Assembly (NCBI RefSeq): GCF_000015805.1
Contig: NC_009073.1
Location: 1,977,314-2,009,313 of the forward strand
DNA from: Pyrobaculum calidifontis JCM 11548
Lineage (GTDB): Archaea; Thermoproteota; Thermoprotei; Thermoproteales; Thermoproteaceae
Direction of reading: 5' to 3'
DNA: 32,000 nt
The notes under the pieces were generated by a model that was given only the letters and a program-made list of their open reading frames with translations, had not been told where the DNA came from and searched no databases. The translations under genes were made by a program, and so were the position numbers. Positions 17,377-24,817 of this stretch are shown here, piece after piece. How positions within the stretch are numbered: position 1 is the stretch's first letter; every line of letters begins with the position of its first letter.

Positions 17377-18663
17377 GTGACCGTGTTTAAGGCGTACGAT
17401 ATTAGGGGCGTTGTAGATGTTGAACTGACGATGGACCTCGTAGAGAAGATCGGCTTCGCCATTACAAAGTTCTTCCAAGGAAGCGACATAGTCGTGGGGA
17501 TGGACGTGAGGACGCACTCGTTTAGAATTGTAGAGGCTTTGTCGAGAGGACTCACCGCTGGAGGAGACGTCGTCTTTCTCGGCACATCAACTACTCCTAT
17601 GACGCACTACGCCTCCTACACGTTGGGCAAACCGGCCGTCATGATAACGGCCTCGCACAACCCGCCAGAGTACAACGGCCTAAAGATAATGAGGCCCGGC
17701 GGACTAGATCTTGAAAGCCACGAAATCCAACAGTTAGCCGCTTTACTGGAGCCTCCGCCAGAGAGGAGAAAAGGCGTAATCTATGTATACGACGCACTTA
17801 CAAAATACACAGACGAATTAGCTAAGAGGTTCGGAAGGATAGACATGTCTATAGGATTTGACCCGGCCAATGCGGCCGGAGTTATACTCAAGCCACTTCT
17901 CAAGGCGACTTTTAAAAACGTCGTTGCCATAAACGACTACCCAGATGGACGCTTCCCCGCCCATCCCCCCGACCCCGAGAAGGCCGAGAATTTAAAACAG
18001 CTACAGGAACTAGTGCTGTCTCACAAGTTAGACGCGGGCGTGGCTTTAGACGGCGACTGTGACCGAGTGGGAATAGTCACGGCTAGCGGCAAAATCTTTA
18101 GGCCTGAAAAAATGGTCTATGCGCTTCTCAACTATTACGCGAGACCGGGAGATGTGGTAGTGCTAGACGTCACTATGCCTCTCTACTTGGAAAAAGTGGC
18201 AGAGGAAAGGGGGGTCAAAATTGTGCGACAGAGGGTAGGCCACAGCTTTCAAAAGCCCACGGCCCTGCGCGTCAACGCGCTGTTCTGGGCTGAGTATAGT
18301 GGACACGTGGGGTTTAGAGACCACCACTATTTCGACGACGGCATCTACGCGGCGCTCCGCCTGTTTACAATTTTAACAGAGGCCGGAGTTACGCTCGACA
18401 AAGTAATAGAAGAGGCCCCAAAGGTGTACGAGGAGAGACTCGACATAAGAACACAAAACCCCAGAGCAGCCGTGGAAAAGGCCAAAGAAAGAGCCAAGGG
18501 GTTTGAAATATACGAACTAGACGGCTTAGACATACGGACAAGGGATGGCAGACTGCTAATTAGGCCCAGCAACACGGAGCCCGTGGTGAGGGTTAAGATA
18601 GAGGCCGAGAACAGGGAGGGCCTAGAGAAACTGAGACATTTGCTCTCTCAGCTTATCTCATAA
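17377..18663 (+). CDS. Phosphomannomutase/phosphoglucomutase
   Basis: Active-site TASHNPPEYNGLK, metal site DGDCDR, and the sugar-phosphate loop. GTG start 19 nt after catataaat. Confidence 0.9.
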   Translation: MTVFKAYDIRGVVDVELTMDLVEKIGFAITKFFQGSDIVVGMDVRTHSFRIVEALSRGLTAGGDVVFLGTSTTPMTHYASYTLGKPAVMITASHNPPEYNGLKIMRPGGLDLESHEIQQLAALLEPPPERRKGVIYVYDALTKYTDELAKRFGRIDMSIGFDPANAAGVILKPLLKATFKNVVAINDYPDGRFPAHPPDPEKAENLKQLQELVLSHKLDAGVALDGDCDRVGIVTASGKIFRPEKMVYALLNYYARPGDVVVLDVTMPLYLEKVAEERGVKIVRQRVGHSFQKPTALRVNALFWAEYSGHVGFRDHHYFDDGIYAALRLFTILTEAGVTLDKVIEEAPKVYEERLDIRTQNPRAAVEKAKERAKGFEIYELDGLDIRTRDGRLLIRPSNTEPVVRVKIEAENREGLEKLRHLLSQLIS

Positions 18664-20039
18664 AGCATTTGCGGCTTCCCGTATATGAAATACGATGGTC
18701 TTTGCGCAAGAGCGGCCCCCAGTATGATAACTGCATAGGGTATACAGACCGACTCTGCACACACAGAGTTGCCAAAAGAGACCTTTGGCACTTTGAGATG
18801 CCTTAAGAGGTCTGTCTCCTCATGCGTTATCTTCACCTTCAACTCCTTTACGCTGTTTAGACGCTTTACCTCGTCTAAGACTTTGCGCAACGTAGTCCCA
18901 TCACATGGACATATCACGACGTCTTCTAACTCGTCGAGTTGGGGCCAGTAGGAGGCCCAGTGTGGCACGTCGATGACGTTAGGCTCCACGTAGCGCCCAG
19001 TGCCGTCCGTGCCTTTCTCTAAGCGGTTGCCGAGGTTATAAAGCCAGTTAGCCTCTACAGCAAGTCTGACTAGGAATTTATCTAGCGCATCTTTCACTCG
19101 CCCCGCATCTTCTAACCCGTCCTTTGAAGCTATGTACATAGCCAAAAGCCTCCCCTGGTCAACCACGTGGCCATCTTTCACAGCCCCGTATAGGTGCCCA
19201 ACGGCGTAAACGTTGCCCCCGCCCACCGCCCTCCCCGACTCGTCTACTGACAGAAGTTCGCCGTAGACAGATCTCCTAGGCACAAGAGAGTTGAGCTCAA
19301 AACTGTAAAAGACGCGGTACCCCATCTTCATGGGGACGTACGGATTCACCATTCTAACAGCGGACACTATCAGATCGACCTTCATCTCCCCTTCCTCCTC
19401 CTTTCCTCTCACTGTTTTTACCCGGTACTTCAACGCCCCGCTCTTATACCCCGTCAGCCTTGCCGATGTGATAATGGGAAAGTCCAACCTCGACTTAACC
19501 TCCTCGTAATACTTAACGTCGCGTAGATATGCGGAGTTGTCCATAACAACTACGTTGTTGCCACGGCGTCTTAATGCAATGGCCGTCTTAAGCCCCCACT
19601 CTGAAGATCCCCACACTACTACGTTTAAACCGTTTGGAGGATCTTGCAAAACTTCCTCAGCCGTTTTCTGTGGCACCTTTGTGCTACCGGGGAAGGTTAT
19701 TGGCACATCTGCCCCGCCAGTCGCCAAAATTAGGTGTTTATACTTAACCTTGTACCTAACGCCATTTGTATACACATAGGAACCGTCAAAGAACCCAGCC
19801 TCTACGTCAAGCTCATTTGCCCTAGCAACAATGGCTTGAATCTCTTGAGAGGGGTCAACAAGGACTCTGTGGCCCCCCAGAGGTCCTGTATGGACTATTT
19901 TGGGGCTGTATCCGTATTTTTTTAACTCCAGTGCGGCCACTATGCCGCCGACGCTACCTCCGACTATTAACACGTCTACGTTAAGCTCCTCCTCCCGTGT
20001 TGCTTGGGGTACGCATTGAATTGCCGATTTGCAAGCCAC
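18648..20039 (-). CDS. FAD/NAD(P)-binding oxidoreductase with BFD-like [2Fe-2S] segment (HcnB/opine-oxidase-A/SoxA-like)
   Basis: DVLIVGGSVGGIVAAL Rossmann fold, a second dinucleotide fold VVVWGSSEWGLKTAIAL, and a C-terminal ICPCDGTTLRKV. Substrate not inferable. Confidence 0.7.
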   Translation of the reverse strand: MACKSAIQCVPQATREEELNVDVLIVGGSVGGIVAALELKKYGYSPKIVHTGPLGGHRVLVDPSQEIQAIVARANELDVEAGFFDGSYVYTNGVRYKVKYKHLILATGGADVPITFPGSTKVPQKTAEEVLQDPPNGLNVVVWGSSEWGLKTAIALRRRGNNVVVMDNSAYLRDVKYYEEVKSRLDFPIITSARLTGYKSGALKYRVKTVRGKEEEGEMKVDLIVSAVRMVNPYVPMKMGYRVFYSFELNSLVPRRSVYGELLSVDESGRAVGGGNVYAVGHLYGAVKDGHVVDQGRLLAMYIASKDGLEDAGRVKDALDKFLVRLAVEANWLYNLGNRLEKGTDGTGRYVEPNVIDVPHWASYWPQLDELEDVVICPCDGTTLRKVLDEVKRLNSVKELKVKITHEETDLLRHLKVPKVSFGNSVCAESVCIPYAVIILGAALAQRPSYFIYGKPQMLYEIS

Positions 20040-20071
20040 GGCTTGTGCTGATTGCCTTATTAAAACTATAT

Positions 20072-20117
20072 TCAGCGCTTTGGATCCTCGTCACGGCTCG
20101 GCGCGTTTTTTCATCAC
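20072..20117 (-). ncRNA. Candidate C/D box sRNA
   Basis: The minus strand reads GTGATGA-aaaaacgcgccgagcc-GTGACGA-ggatccaaagcg(12 nt)-CTGA. The D' box is degenerate (CCGA or AGCC). TATA-like atatattt sits about 20 nt upstream on the minus strand (20137-20145). Intergenic. Confidence 0.45.
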
Positions 20118-20267
20118 ATTTATTAACGTCTCTCCCAAATATATGCGTGTACTGGGTCTCTCAAGTCGTATATCAAGGCATATGTTAGGGGAGATAGCAC
20201 TGCGCTTGAGTGCCTCCTAGCCCTTGGGCTTATTGAGAGGGGGGAGCCGAAGTCCAGGGGCTATGTC

Positions 20268-20705
20268 TTGTACAAGGCTCTGAAATCTGGGTTAAATGTC
20301 GTAGACGCAGTCAGGAGTTTGGAGTGGAGAGATTTTGAGGAGCTGCTGCGTCTGATATTTGCAGATTTTGGATACAATGTTGCGGCGAATGTGAGATTGA
20401 ACTGCGGCGGCATCGCCGAATTTGACCTAATAGCCTGGAATAAAGAATTGGCCATTGTGGTGGAAGCCAAGCGCTGGAAGGTCGGCGGTGCAAGGTGGCA
20501 AGAGGTGGCACGGCGGCATTTAGAGAAGATGAGGCGGTGCAAGCTAAAGCTCCTTGCCTTTGCCCCCGCCGCGGCGCCCCTTGTAGTAACGTCCACGGCC
20601 ACTAACTTTATTGCCGGCGGAGTTCCTGTAGTCTCTATTGAAAATGTAGGGCACTTTCTCACCTCTCTTGACTACCTCAAGGATCAAATCGCCATACTTA
20701 AGTAG
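20268..20705 (+). CDS. Small PD-(D/E)xK nuclease, Mrr-cat/restriction-endonuclease-like
   Basis: WRDFEELLRLIFADFGY ... EFDLIAW ... IVVEAKRWK (D...E-x-K core), then the LVVTSTATNFIAGGVPVVSIEN tail typical of the family. TTG start as given by the ORF track. Confidence 0.6.
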   Translation: MYKALKSGLNVVDAVRSLEWRDFEELLRLIFADFGYNVAANVRLNCGGIAEFDLIAWNKELAIVVEAKRWKVGGARWQEVARRHLEKMRRCKLKLLAFAPAAAPLVVTSTATNFIAGGVPVVSIENVGHFLTSLDYLKDQIAILK

Positions 20706-20810
20706 ACAGTCGTCACACACGTAGACGTAGAGCCCAAGCGACAATTCGCTCCTTAGCCTAGCTATGTTGTACGTCTCCAGTCTTTTCAAACAGAAAAAAC
20801 ACCGAATCAC
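20544..20810 (-). CDS. Small zinc-ribbon protein with basic G/R-rich tail (tentative)
   Basis: CFFC...CDDC in the first 35 aa. GTGA overlap with the upstream membrane-protein stop. Residues 36-88 are antisense to the nuclease gene. Confidence 0.35.
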   Translation of the reverse strand: MIRCFFCLKRLETYNIARLRSELSLGLYVYVCDDCLLKYGDLILEVVKRGEKVPYIFNRDYRNSAGNKVSGRGRYYKGRRGGGKGKEL

Positions 20811-21280
20811 GCCTTCTCAGTCTTTTCTATAGTCGTAGAAAGATCCATTAAGACTCTGGCCCTGCTCTGAGGCAGCGCCAACCTTTCAACAACCACCAAC
20901 AAAAGAGCTACGGCAAACACGGGCAACGACATATACTTTGCATAGTTGCTAAACACAATAGCTATATCTCCACTGCCTACTACGAAAATATGTGGAAGGG
21001 GAAGCGCGAAGAAGAGGGATAGGGCTGCCACGACTTCTGCCAGCCGCGGCACCTTGATCTTAGCAAGATATTCCAAATAGGTAGCCACAGCCAAAAGCGC
21101 CACCACTACGACTATGGAAAGCGGCTCGTAAACCTGAGGAAAATTGTAATATGAGCCGCCTACCGTAATCCTAAAACTACCGACCTCAACACGCGCCGTG
21201 GCGTATTGAGGCACAGCCACGGGTCCCACCACGATCACTAAAACGGCCAAGGCCACGGCCAATAGCGTAATCACATCCAC
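20807..21280 (-). CDS. Hypothetical membrane protein (about 4 TM helices)
   Basis: 157 aa, hydrophobic. GTG start with cgtataaagtgg about 17 nt upstream on the minus strand. Confidence 0.5.
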   Translation of the reverse strand: MDVITLLAVALAVLVIVVGPVAVPQYATARVEVGSFRITVGGSYYNFPQVYEPLSIVVVVALLAVATYLEYLAKIKVPRLAEVVAALSLFFALPLPHIFVVGSGDIAIVFSNYAKYMSLPVFAVALLLVVVERLALPQSRARVLMDLSTTIEKTEKA

Positions 21281-21391
21281 TTACTTAAACCACTTTATAC
21301 GTGTTTGCTCTATTTACGCTCCGAGAGGCGAGGCCCTTGCTCGTACCCAGACGCTAAAGCGCCGCCACATAGGGACAGGTAGCTTAAGTCC

Positions 21392-22198
21392 TCAAGAGTT
21401 GTCACTCCCTCTCTGACGCTTCTCGGCGCTGGGCGGCGGCACGGCGTACCTCAACCGCCCAGTGATCCAATCTTTCAGCACAATTCTAGCCGCCTCCTCT
21501 ACGTCTACTCTGCCGCCTTTTCTAAGCCTGTGTTTAACACGGCCAATCTCTTCTAGGACGTCCTCGCCCGCGTTCTCTATGCCGTACGCCTCTTTAAGCG
21601 CGGCGGGGTTGTAGGACAAGATTCTCCTTATTAGCGCGTAGGCGTAGGGCACTGGGTCGTCCACGGTCCCTGGGTCGACCAGCCCCCTAACTACATCGAG
21701 CGCCAAGTCGCCAGTTGACTGCGTCTTGACAACGCCGGGCGTGTCAATTACGAGGAGCCACGTCTTTGCTCTAACTATTTGCTCTCCCCTCGTCCACCCC
21801 GGCTTTGGGCTAGTTGGTGCAACATGCCTACCCTTTAGGTAGTTTATTATTGTAGACTTGCCCACGTTGGGGTACCCCACTACAACTACTGTTGCGGGAA
21901 TACGCGGCGCAAGGTCCCTAATGGACGCTATAAGCCTCCTTGTGCCAAGCCTGTGCTTTGCGCTTATGTAGACCGCAGGTATGCCAACGCTTTGGAAATA
22001 CGACTTCCACTCCTCCATTAACTCCCTCTCCACTAAATCCGCCTTGTTTAATACAACCAACAGCCTTTTCCCCAGCCTTTCCGCTAGTCGTTCAACCTCC
22101 TCGTTCCTAGTGGCAATAGGGTCTCTCGCGTCTAACACCTCTAACACAATGTCGCCATCTTCTACTACCCTACGAACGAGTCTCCACGTCTCTTTCAC
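21392..22198 (-). CDS. Circularly permuted GTPase (YlqF/YawG/RbgA-like ribosome biogenesis GTPase)
   Basis: Motif order is G4 LNKADL, then G1 GYPNVGKST, then G3 DTPGV. Start moved to the GTG at 22198 (MKETWRLVRRVVEDGDIVLEVLDARDP). The ORF-track extension is antisense to atpD. Confidence 0.85.
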   Translation of the reverse strand: MKETWRLVRRVVEDGDIVLEVLDARDPIATRNEEVERLAERLGKRLLVVLNKADLVERELMEEWKSYFQSVGIPAVYISAKHRLGTRRLIASIRDLAPRIPATVVVVGYPNVGKSTIINYLKGRHVAPTSPKPGWTRGEQIVRAKTWLLVIDTPGVVKTQSTGDLALDVVRGLVDPGTVDDPVPYAYALIRRILSYNPAALKEAYGIENAGEDVLEEIGRVKHRLRKGGRVDVEEAARIVLKDWITGRLRYAVPPPSAEKRQRGSDNS

Positions 22199-22213
22199 AC
22201 GACGTATGTAGCC

Positions 22214-22226
22214 AATATTTAAAAAA
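22214..22226. promoter_or_regulatory. Single A/T box shared by divergent leaderless genes (GTPase and atpD)
   Basis: aatatttaaaaaa lies 16 nt from the GTG at 22198 (minus strand) and 19 nt from the GTG at 22245 (plus strand). The whole intergenic gap is 46 nt. Confidence 0.5.
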
Positions 22227-22244
22227 CGTGAAGAATAGCGACAC

Positions 22245-22841
22245 GTGTCTTTTAGGCCTCCTCCGTCAAGGCTGGAACTAATACGCCTAAGAAGACAGCT
22301 GGCCCTATTCCGCCGCATTAGAAAAACTTTGGAAGACGCCAGAAATTCCACTATACAGAGAATTAGGGCCCTAATAGCGGACTTGGAGAAACTTAGGCGT
22401 GAAATCGCAGATGGCTTCACAGAAGTCGCCGACAATTTTAGAATCGCCGTGGCAAAGTCCGGCATCGACAGAATAAATCTGCTGGCAGAGCTGACTCCAA
22501 AAACTGTAGAAACGAAAATTGTAGACAAGGGGACTCACCTAGGCCTTGAAATTAGAAATTTTGCAAGCTATCCCGTATACAGCATAATCTCTGAGGCGGC
22601 AGAGTTGGACATAGCCTTGTCCAAGATGAAGCTATTAACACAGAGATTAGTGGAATTCGCAGAAAAAGAGACACTATTTTATGTGCTTCTAAATAGAGTA
22701 AAGGAGTATCAGAGAATGATTAACGCTATAGACTACGTTATAATTCCACGCATAGAAGAGAATATACGGTATATCAGATTAGCTCTAGACGAGAGAGAAA
22801 GAGAAGAATTTATCCGCCGGAAAATAACCACCCAAATTTAA
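22245..22841 (+). CDS. atpD: A/V-type ATP synthase subunit D
   Basis: PSRLELIRLRRQLALFRRIRKTLEDARN is a typical subunit D N-terminal coiled coil, and the C-terminal helix is IPRIEENIRYIRLALDERERE. Confidence 0.8.
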   Translation: MSFRPPPSRLELIRLRRQLALFRRIRKTLEDARNSTIQRIRALIADLEKLRREIADGFTEVADNFRIAVAKSGIDRINLLAELTPKTVETKIVDKGTHLGLEIRNFASYPVYSIISEAAELDIALSKMKLLTQRLVEFAEKETLFYVLLNRVKEYQRMINAIDYVIIPRIEENIRYIRLALDEREREEFIRRKITTQI

Positions 22842-22864
22842 AAGATAGGCCCTTTATTGGCCTC

Positions 22865-23014
22865 ATGTCGGTAAAAGACCTCAACGTAATGATAAAAGAA
22901 TATATTGATAAAGAGATTGAAAAAACCCTTGTTGACATAAAGGCAGAAATTAAAGAACTAATCAATATTATTGATAGAAAAATTGAGGAACTGCGTCAAT
23001 ATTTAAAAACATGA
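22865..23014 (+). CDS. Candidate 49-aa coiled-coil micro-ORF between atpD and atpK
   Basis: Not in the ORF track. Sequence is MSVKDLNVMIKEYIDKEIEKTLVDIKAEIKELINIIDRKIEELRQYLKT. TATA-like atttaaaagata ends 16 nt upstream of the ATG. AT-rich, so a chance ORF is possible. Confidence 0.3.
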   Translation: MSVKDLNVMIKEYIDKEIEKTLVDIKAEIKELINIIDRKIEELRQYLKT

Positions 23015-23030
23015 GAATTTAAGCTGGGCC

Positions 23031-23300
23031 ATGGCTACGCGGAAGGCGTTAACGCTTGCAGTAATGTTGGCATTGCTTGCATTTGCTCAAGCGACACAAG
23101 CAGAGAGATACCTAGGAGCCGGGTTAGCAGTAGGCTTAGCCGGCTTGGGAGCTGGCATAGGTGTAGGCATAGCTGGTGCCGCGGCGATATCCGCAATTGT
23201 GGAAAAGCCAGAGCGCACAGTGTGGTATTTGATCTTCGTCGCACTTGCCGAAGCAATCGCTATTTACGGTCTTCTAATAAGTATATTGTTGATACTCTAG
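23031..23300 (+). CDS. atpK: A/V-type ATP synthase proteolipid subunit K (c)
   Basis: Two TM helices, Gly-rich GLAGLGAGIGVGIAGAAA, and the conserved carboxylate in ALAEAIAIYGLL. Confidence 0.9.
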   Translation: MATRKALTLAVMLALLAFAQATQAERYLGAGLAVGLAGLGAGIGVGIAGAAAISAIVEKPERTVWYLIFVALAEAIAIYGLLISILLIL

Positions 23301-24328
23301 ATTTTGACGAGAGGCTCAAAGATTTCTTTTCTTTTTTCTGCGCTTATACCCTCAGCGATTAAACTGGCCGCTTTTATAATTGTAACAACTTCTGATCTCA
23401 TATATTCAAGTTGCGCCGCCAATGCGCCCAGAGAGAATTCAGTAAACCGCGCTATGTATATATCTGACAGCTTTTTCATGTAGGCAGGATATATATTATC
23501 CATGGCGACTGCTATGTTTTCAAGAGATGGCGACTCTGCCACCGCGCTTATCAAAAGCCTGCCCCATGGTAGCGCCTCTGCAAATTCTAAGAACTTGGCA
23601 GGGGGGTCTCTTGCCGCAGATAGTACAACAGGCGTTGGCCTCCCCACTATTAGCTCGTTTAACTCGTCTGAGAGGCCCCAAATCCTAGCCCGTATCGCAA
23701 TCGATGCGTTGATGTAATCTCTGACCTCCTCTGCGAACGTTGTAAGAGATCTCTCTCGCTTGGCTGTCAGCGTATTTGTAAAATCTTCTAGCCATTGTCT
23801 ATCTATAAAGAAGCTTATTTTGTCTTCTCCATATTTTGCCGCGAAGGCAAAAGCCTTGGACGCGGGGTGGCGTAGTTGCTCTAAGCGAGCCCCTATTTCC
23901 TCCACGTTTTTTGACCCTAAGAGACTTGCGATTATATGCCTTCTACGTGTAAACTCAAGGGGTTCCCAAATTATAAAATCTTCAGGATTTTTACCAGCTT
24001 TTATGGCAGATGCTATGTTTCTAATGTTGTCAAATTCAAAAAATTTAATAGATGCTAAAACTACCTCTTTAACATCTTTACCGGAGCCTAGAAAAATAGA
24101 CCTTATTTTATCCAGGTAAATTTTAATCAACTCGCGCCTAAGCTCAGCGATATTTTCTCTAGTTAGCCTATCTATGGAAACTGCGTACGGCGTTGTTTTT
24201 AGTACATTGAGAAATTCGTCAAGAGTGTTAGAGTACGCGAGCATTAGTAGTTTGTCTCTTGGCAATTCGCTAATGCGGAGCCCCCTAACCCGAGGTCCTA
24301 GGTATGGCCTTTTGAACGTGGCGCTCAT
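23297..24328 (-). CDS. atpC: A/V-type ATP synthase subunit C (eukaryotic d homologue)
   Basis: 343 aa, all-helical. The N-terminus YLGPRVRGLRISELPRDKLLMLAYSNTLDEFLNVLKTTPY is typical of subunit C. Confidence 0.75.
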   Translation of the reverse strand: MSATFKRPYLGPRVRGLRISELPRDKLLMLAYSNTLDEFLNVLKTTPYAVSIDRLTRENIAELRRELIKIYLDKIRSIFLGSGKDVKEVVLASIKFFEFDNIRNIASAIKAGKNPEDFIIWEPLEFTRRRHIIASLLGSKNVEEIGARLEQLRHPASKAFAFAAKYGEDKISFFIDRQWLEDFTNTLTAKRERSLTTFAEEVRDYINASIAIRARIWGLSDELNELIVGRPTPVVLSAARDPPAKFLEFAEALPWGRLLISAVAESPSLENIAVAMDNIYPAYMKKLSDIYIARFTEFSLGALAAQLEYMRSEVVTIIKAASLIAEGISAEKRKEIFEPLVKI

Positions 24329-24648
24329 AAAGAGAGAAGTTCAAGGCTCTTCTGTAAAATTGCTCCTTTTCTCTCCTCATATAGCGCCTTTATCTTTCCC
24401 ACCGCGTCTTTTGTAGCTAGCCGAAGTTTTTCTGCCTCATTTTTTGCCTCATTTATAATTTTTAACTTATATTCCTCAATTGTTTTATTTATGATTTCTT
24501 CTATATTTTTATTAAGGTTTTCTGAATGTTTTTTAACAATGTTTTCAATGCTTAGGAGTATCTGGGTTTTTGTCTCATCTACGCTTTTTAAAACCCTGTC
24601 AATCTCCTCTAGCTTTTTTAAAACCTCATCTATCTTTAGCATCGACAT
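24325..24648 (-). CDS. Coiled-coil protein, probable A-ATPase peripheral-stalk subunit (AtpH/G-like)
   Basis: 107 aa, K/E/I-rich, with EAKNEAEKLRLATKDAV. ATGA overlap with the atpC start. Confidence 0.45.
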   Translation of the reverse strand: MSMLKIDEVLKKLEEIDRVLKSVDETKTQILLSIENIVKKHSENLNKNIEEIINKTIEEYKLKIINEAKNEAEKLRLATKDAVGKIKALYEERKGAILQKSLELLSL

Positions 24649-24673
24649 GTAGAGAGGCGGCCCTTTAAAACTT

Positions 24674-24721
24674 TGATGACACCAGGACTTGCGGAGGCGT
24701 GAAGAAACTTCTCGCGGCTGA
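24674..24721 (+). ncRNA. Candidate C/D box sRNA (plus strand)
   Basis: TGATGA-caccaggacttg(12)-CGGA-ggcg-TGAAGA-aacttctcgcgg(12)-CTGA. The 12/12 spacing is ideal, but D' and C' are degenerate. There is no TATA of its own, and it overlaps the atpH-like promoter. Confidence 0.4.
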
Positions 24722-24730
24722 TCAGCCGCG
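24713..24730. repeat. Perfect 18-nt palindrome CGCGGCTGATCAGCCGCG
   Basis: Read directly. The centre, CTGA|TCAG, forms the two D boxes of the opposed sRNA candidates. Confidence 0.95.
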
Positions 24731-24771
24731 CGGAATATACATCACCGTCAGCCCGTCCCCATACGCATCAC
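24722..24771 (-). ncRNA. Candidate C/D box sRNA (minus strand)
   Basis: The minus strand reads GTGATGC-gtatggggacggg(13)-CTGA-cg-GTGATGT-atattccgcgcgg(13)-CTGA. D' and D are canonical. The TATA at 24791-24799 lies about 20 nt upstream. Confidence 0.5.
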
Positions 24772-24790
24772 GCAGTGTCTTTACACCAAG

Positions 24791-24799
24791 TTTATATAT
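24791..24799. promoter_or_regulatory. Near-palindromic TATA box usable in both directions (stomatin gene on plus, sRNA candidate on minus)
   Basis: tttatatat lies 18 nt before the ATG at 24818 and about 20 nt before the minus-strand C box at 24771. Confidence 0.5.
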
Positions 24800-24817
24800 G
24801 AACACGGTGACTCTTCT

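Noticed and set aside
17349-17585. 79-codon N-terminal extension of the DUF763 ORF in the track
   Set aside because: It is antisense to the PMM N-terminus, and its S/T-rich sequence does not look like protein. The family-like N-terminus begins at the ATG at 17348.
20127-20267. 47 in-frame open codons upstream of the nuclease TTG start, reading ...STALECLLALGLIERGEPKSRGYVLY, which resembles a winged-helix wing. I considered a longer gene, a frameshift from the ATG at 20143, or a non-canonical start.
   Set aside because: There is no ATG, GTG or TTG in that frame. An open run of this length has roughly a 10 percent chance at this composition, and the nuclease domain is complete without it. It is worth rechecking only if orthologues carry an N-terminal wHTH.
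22199-22528. 110-codon N-terminal extension of the GTPase ORF
   Set aside because: It is antisense to atpD. The GTG at 22198 sits at the proper distance from the shared A/T box and gives a typical YlqF-like N-terminus.
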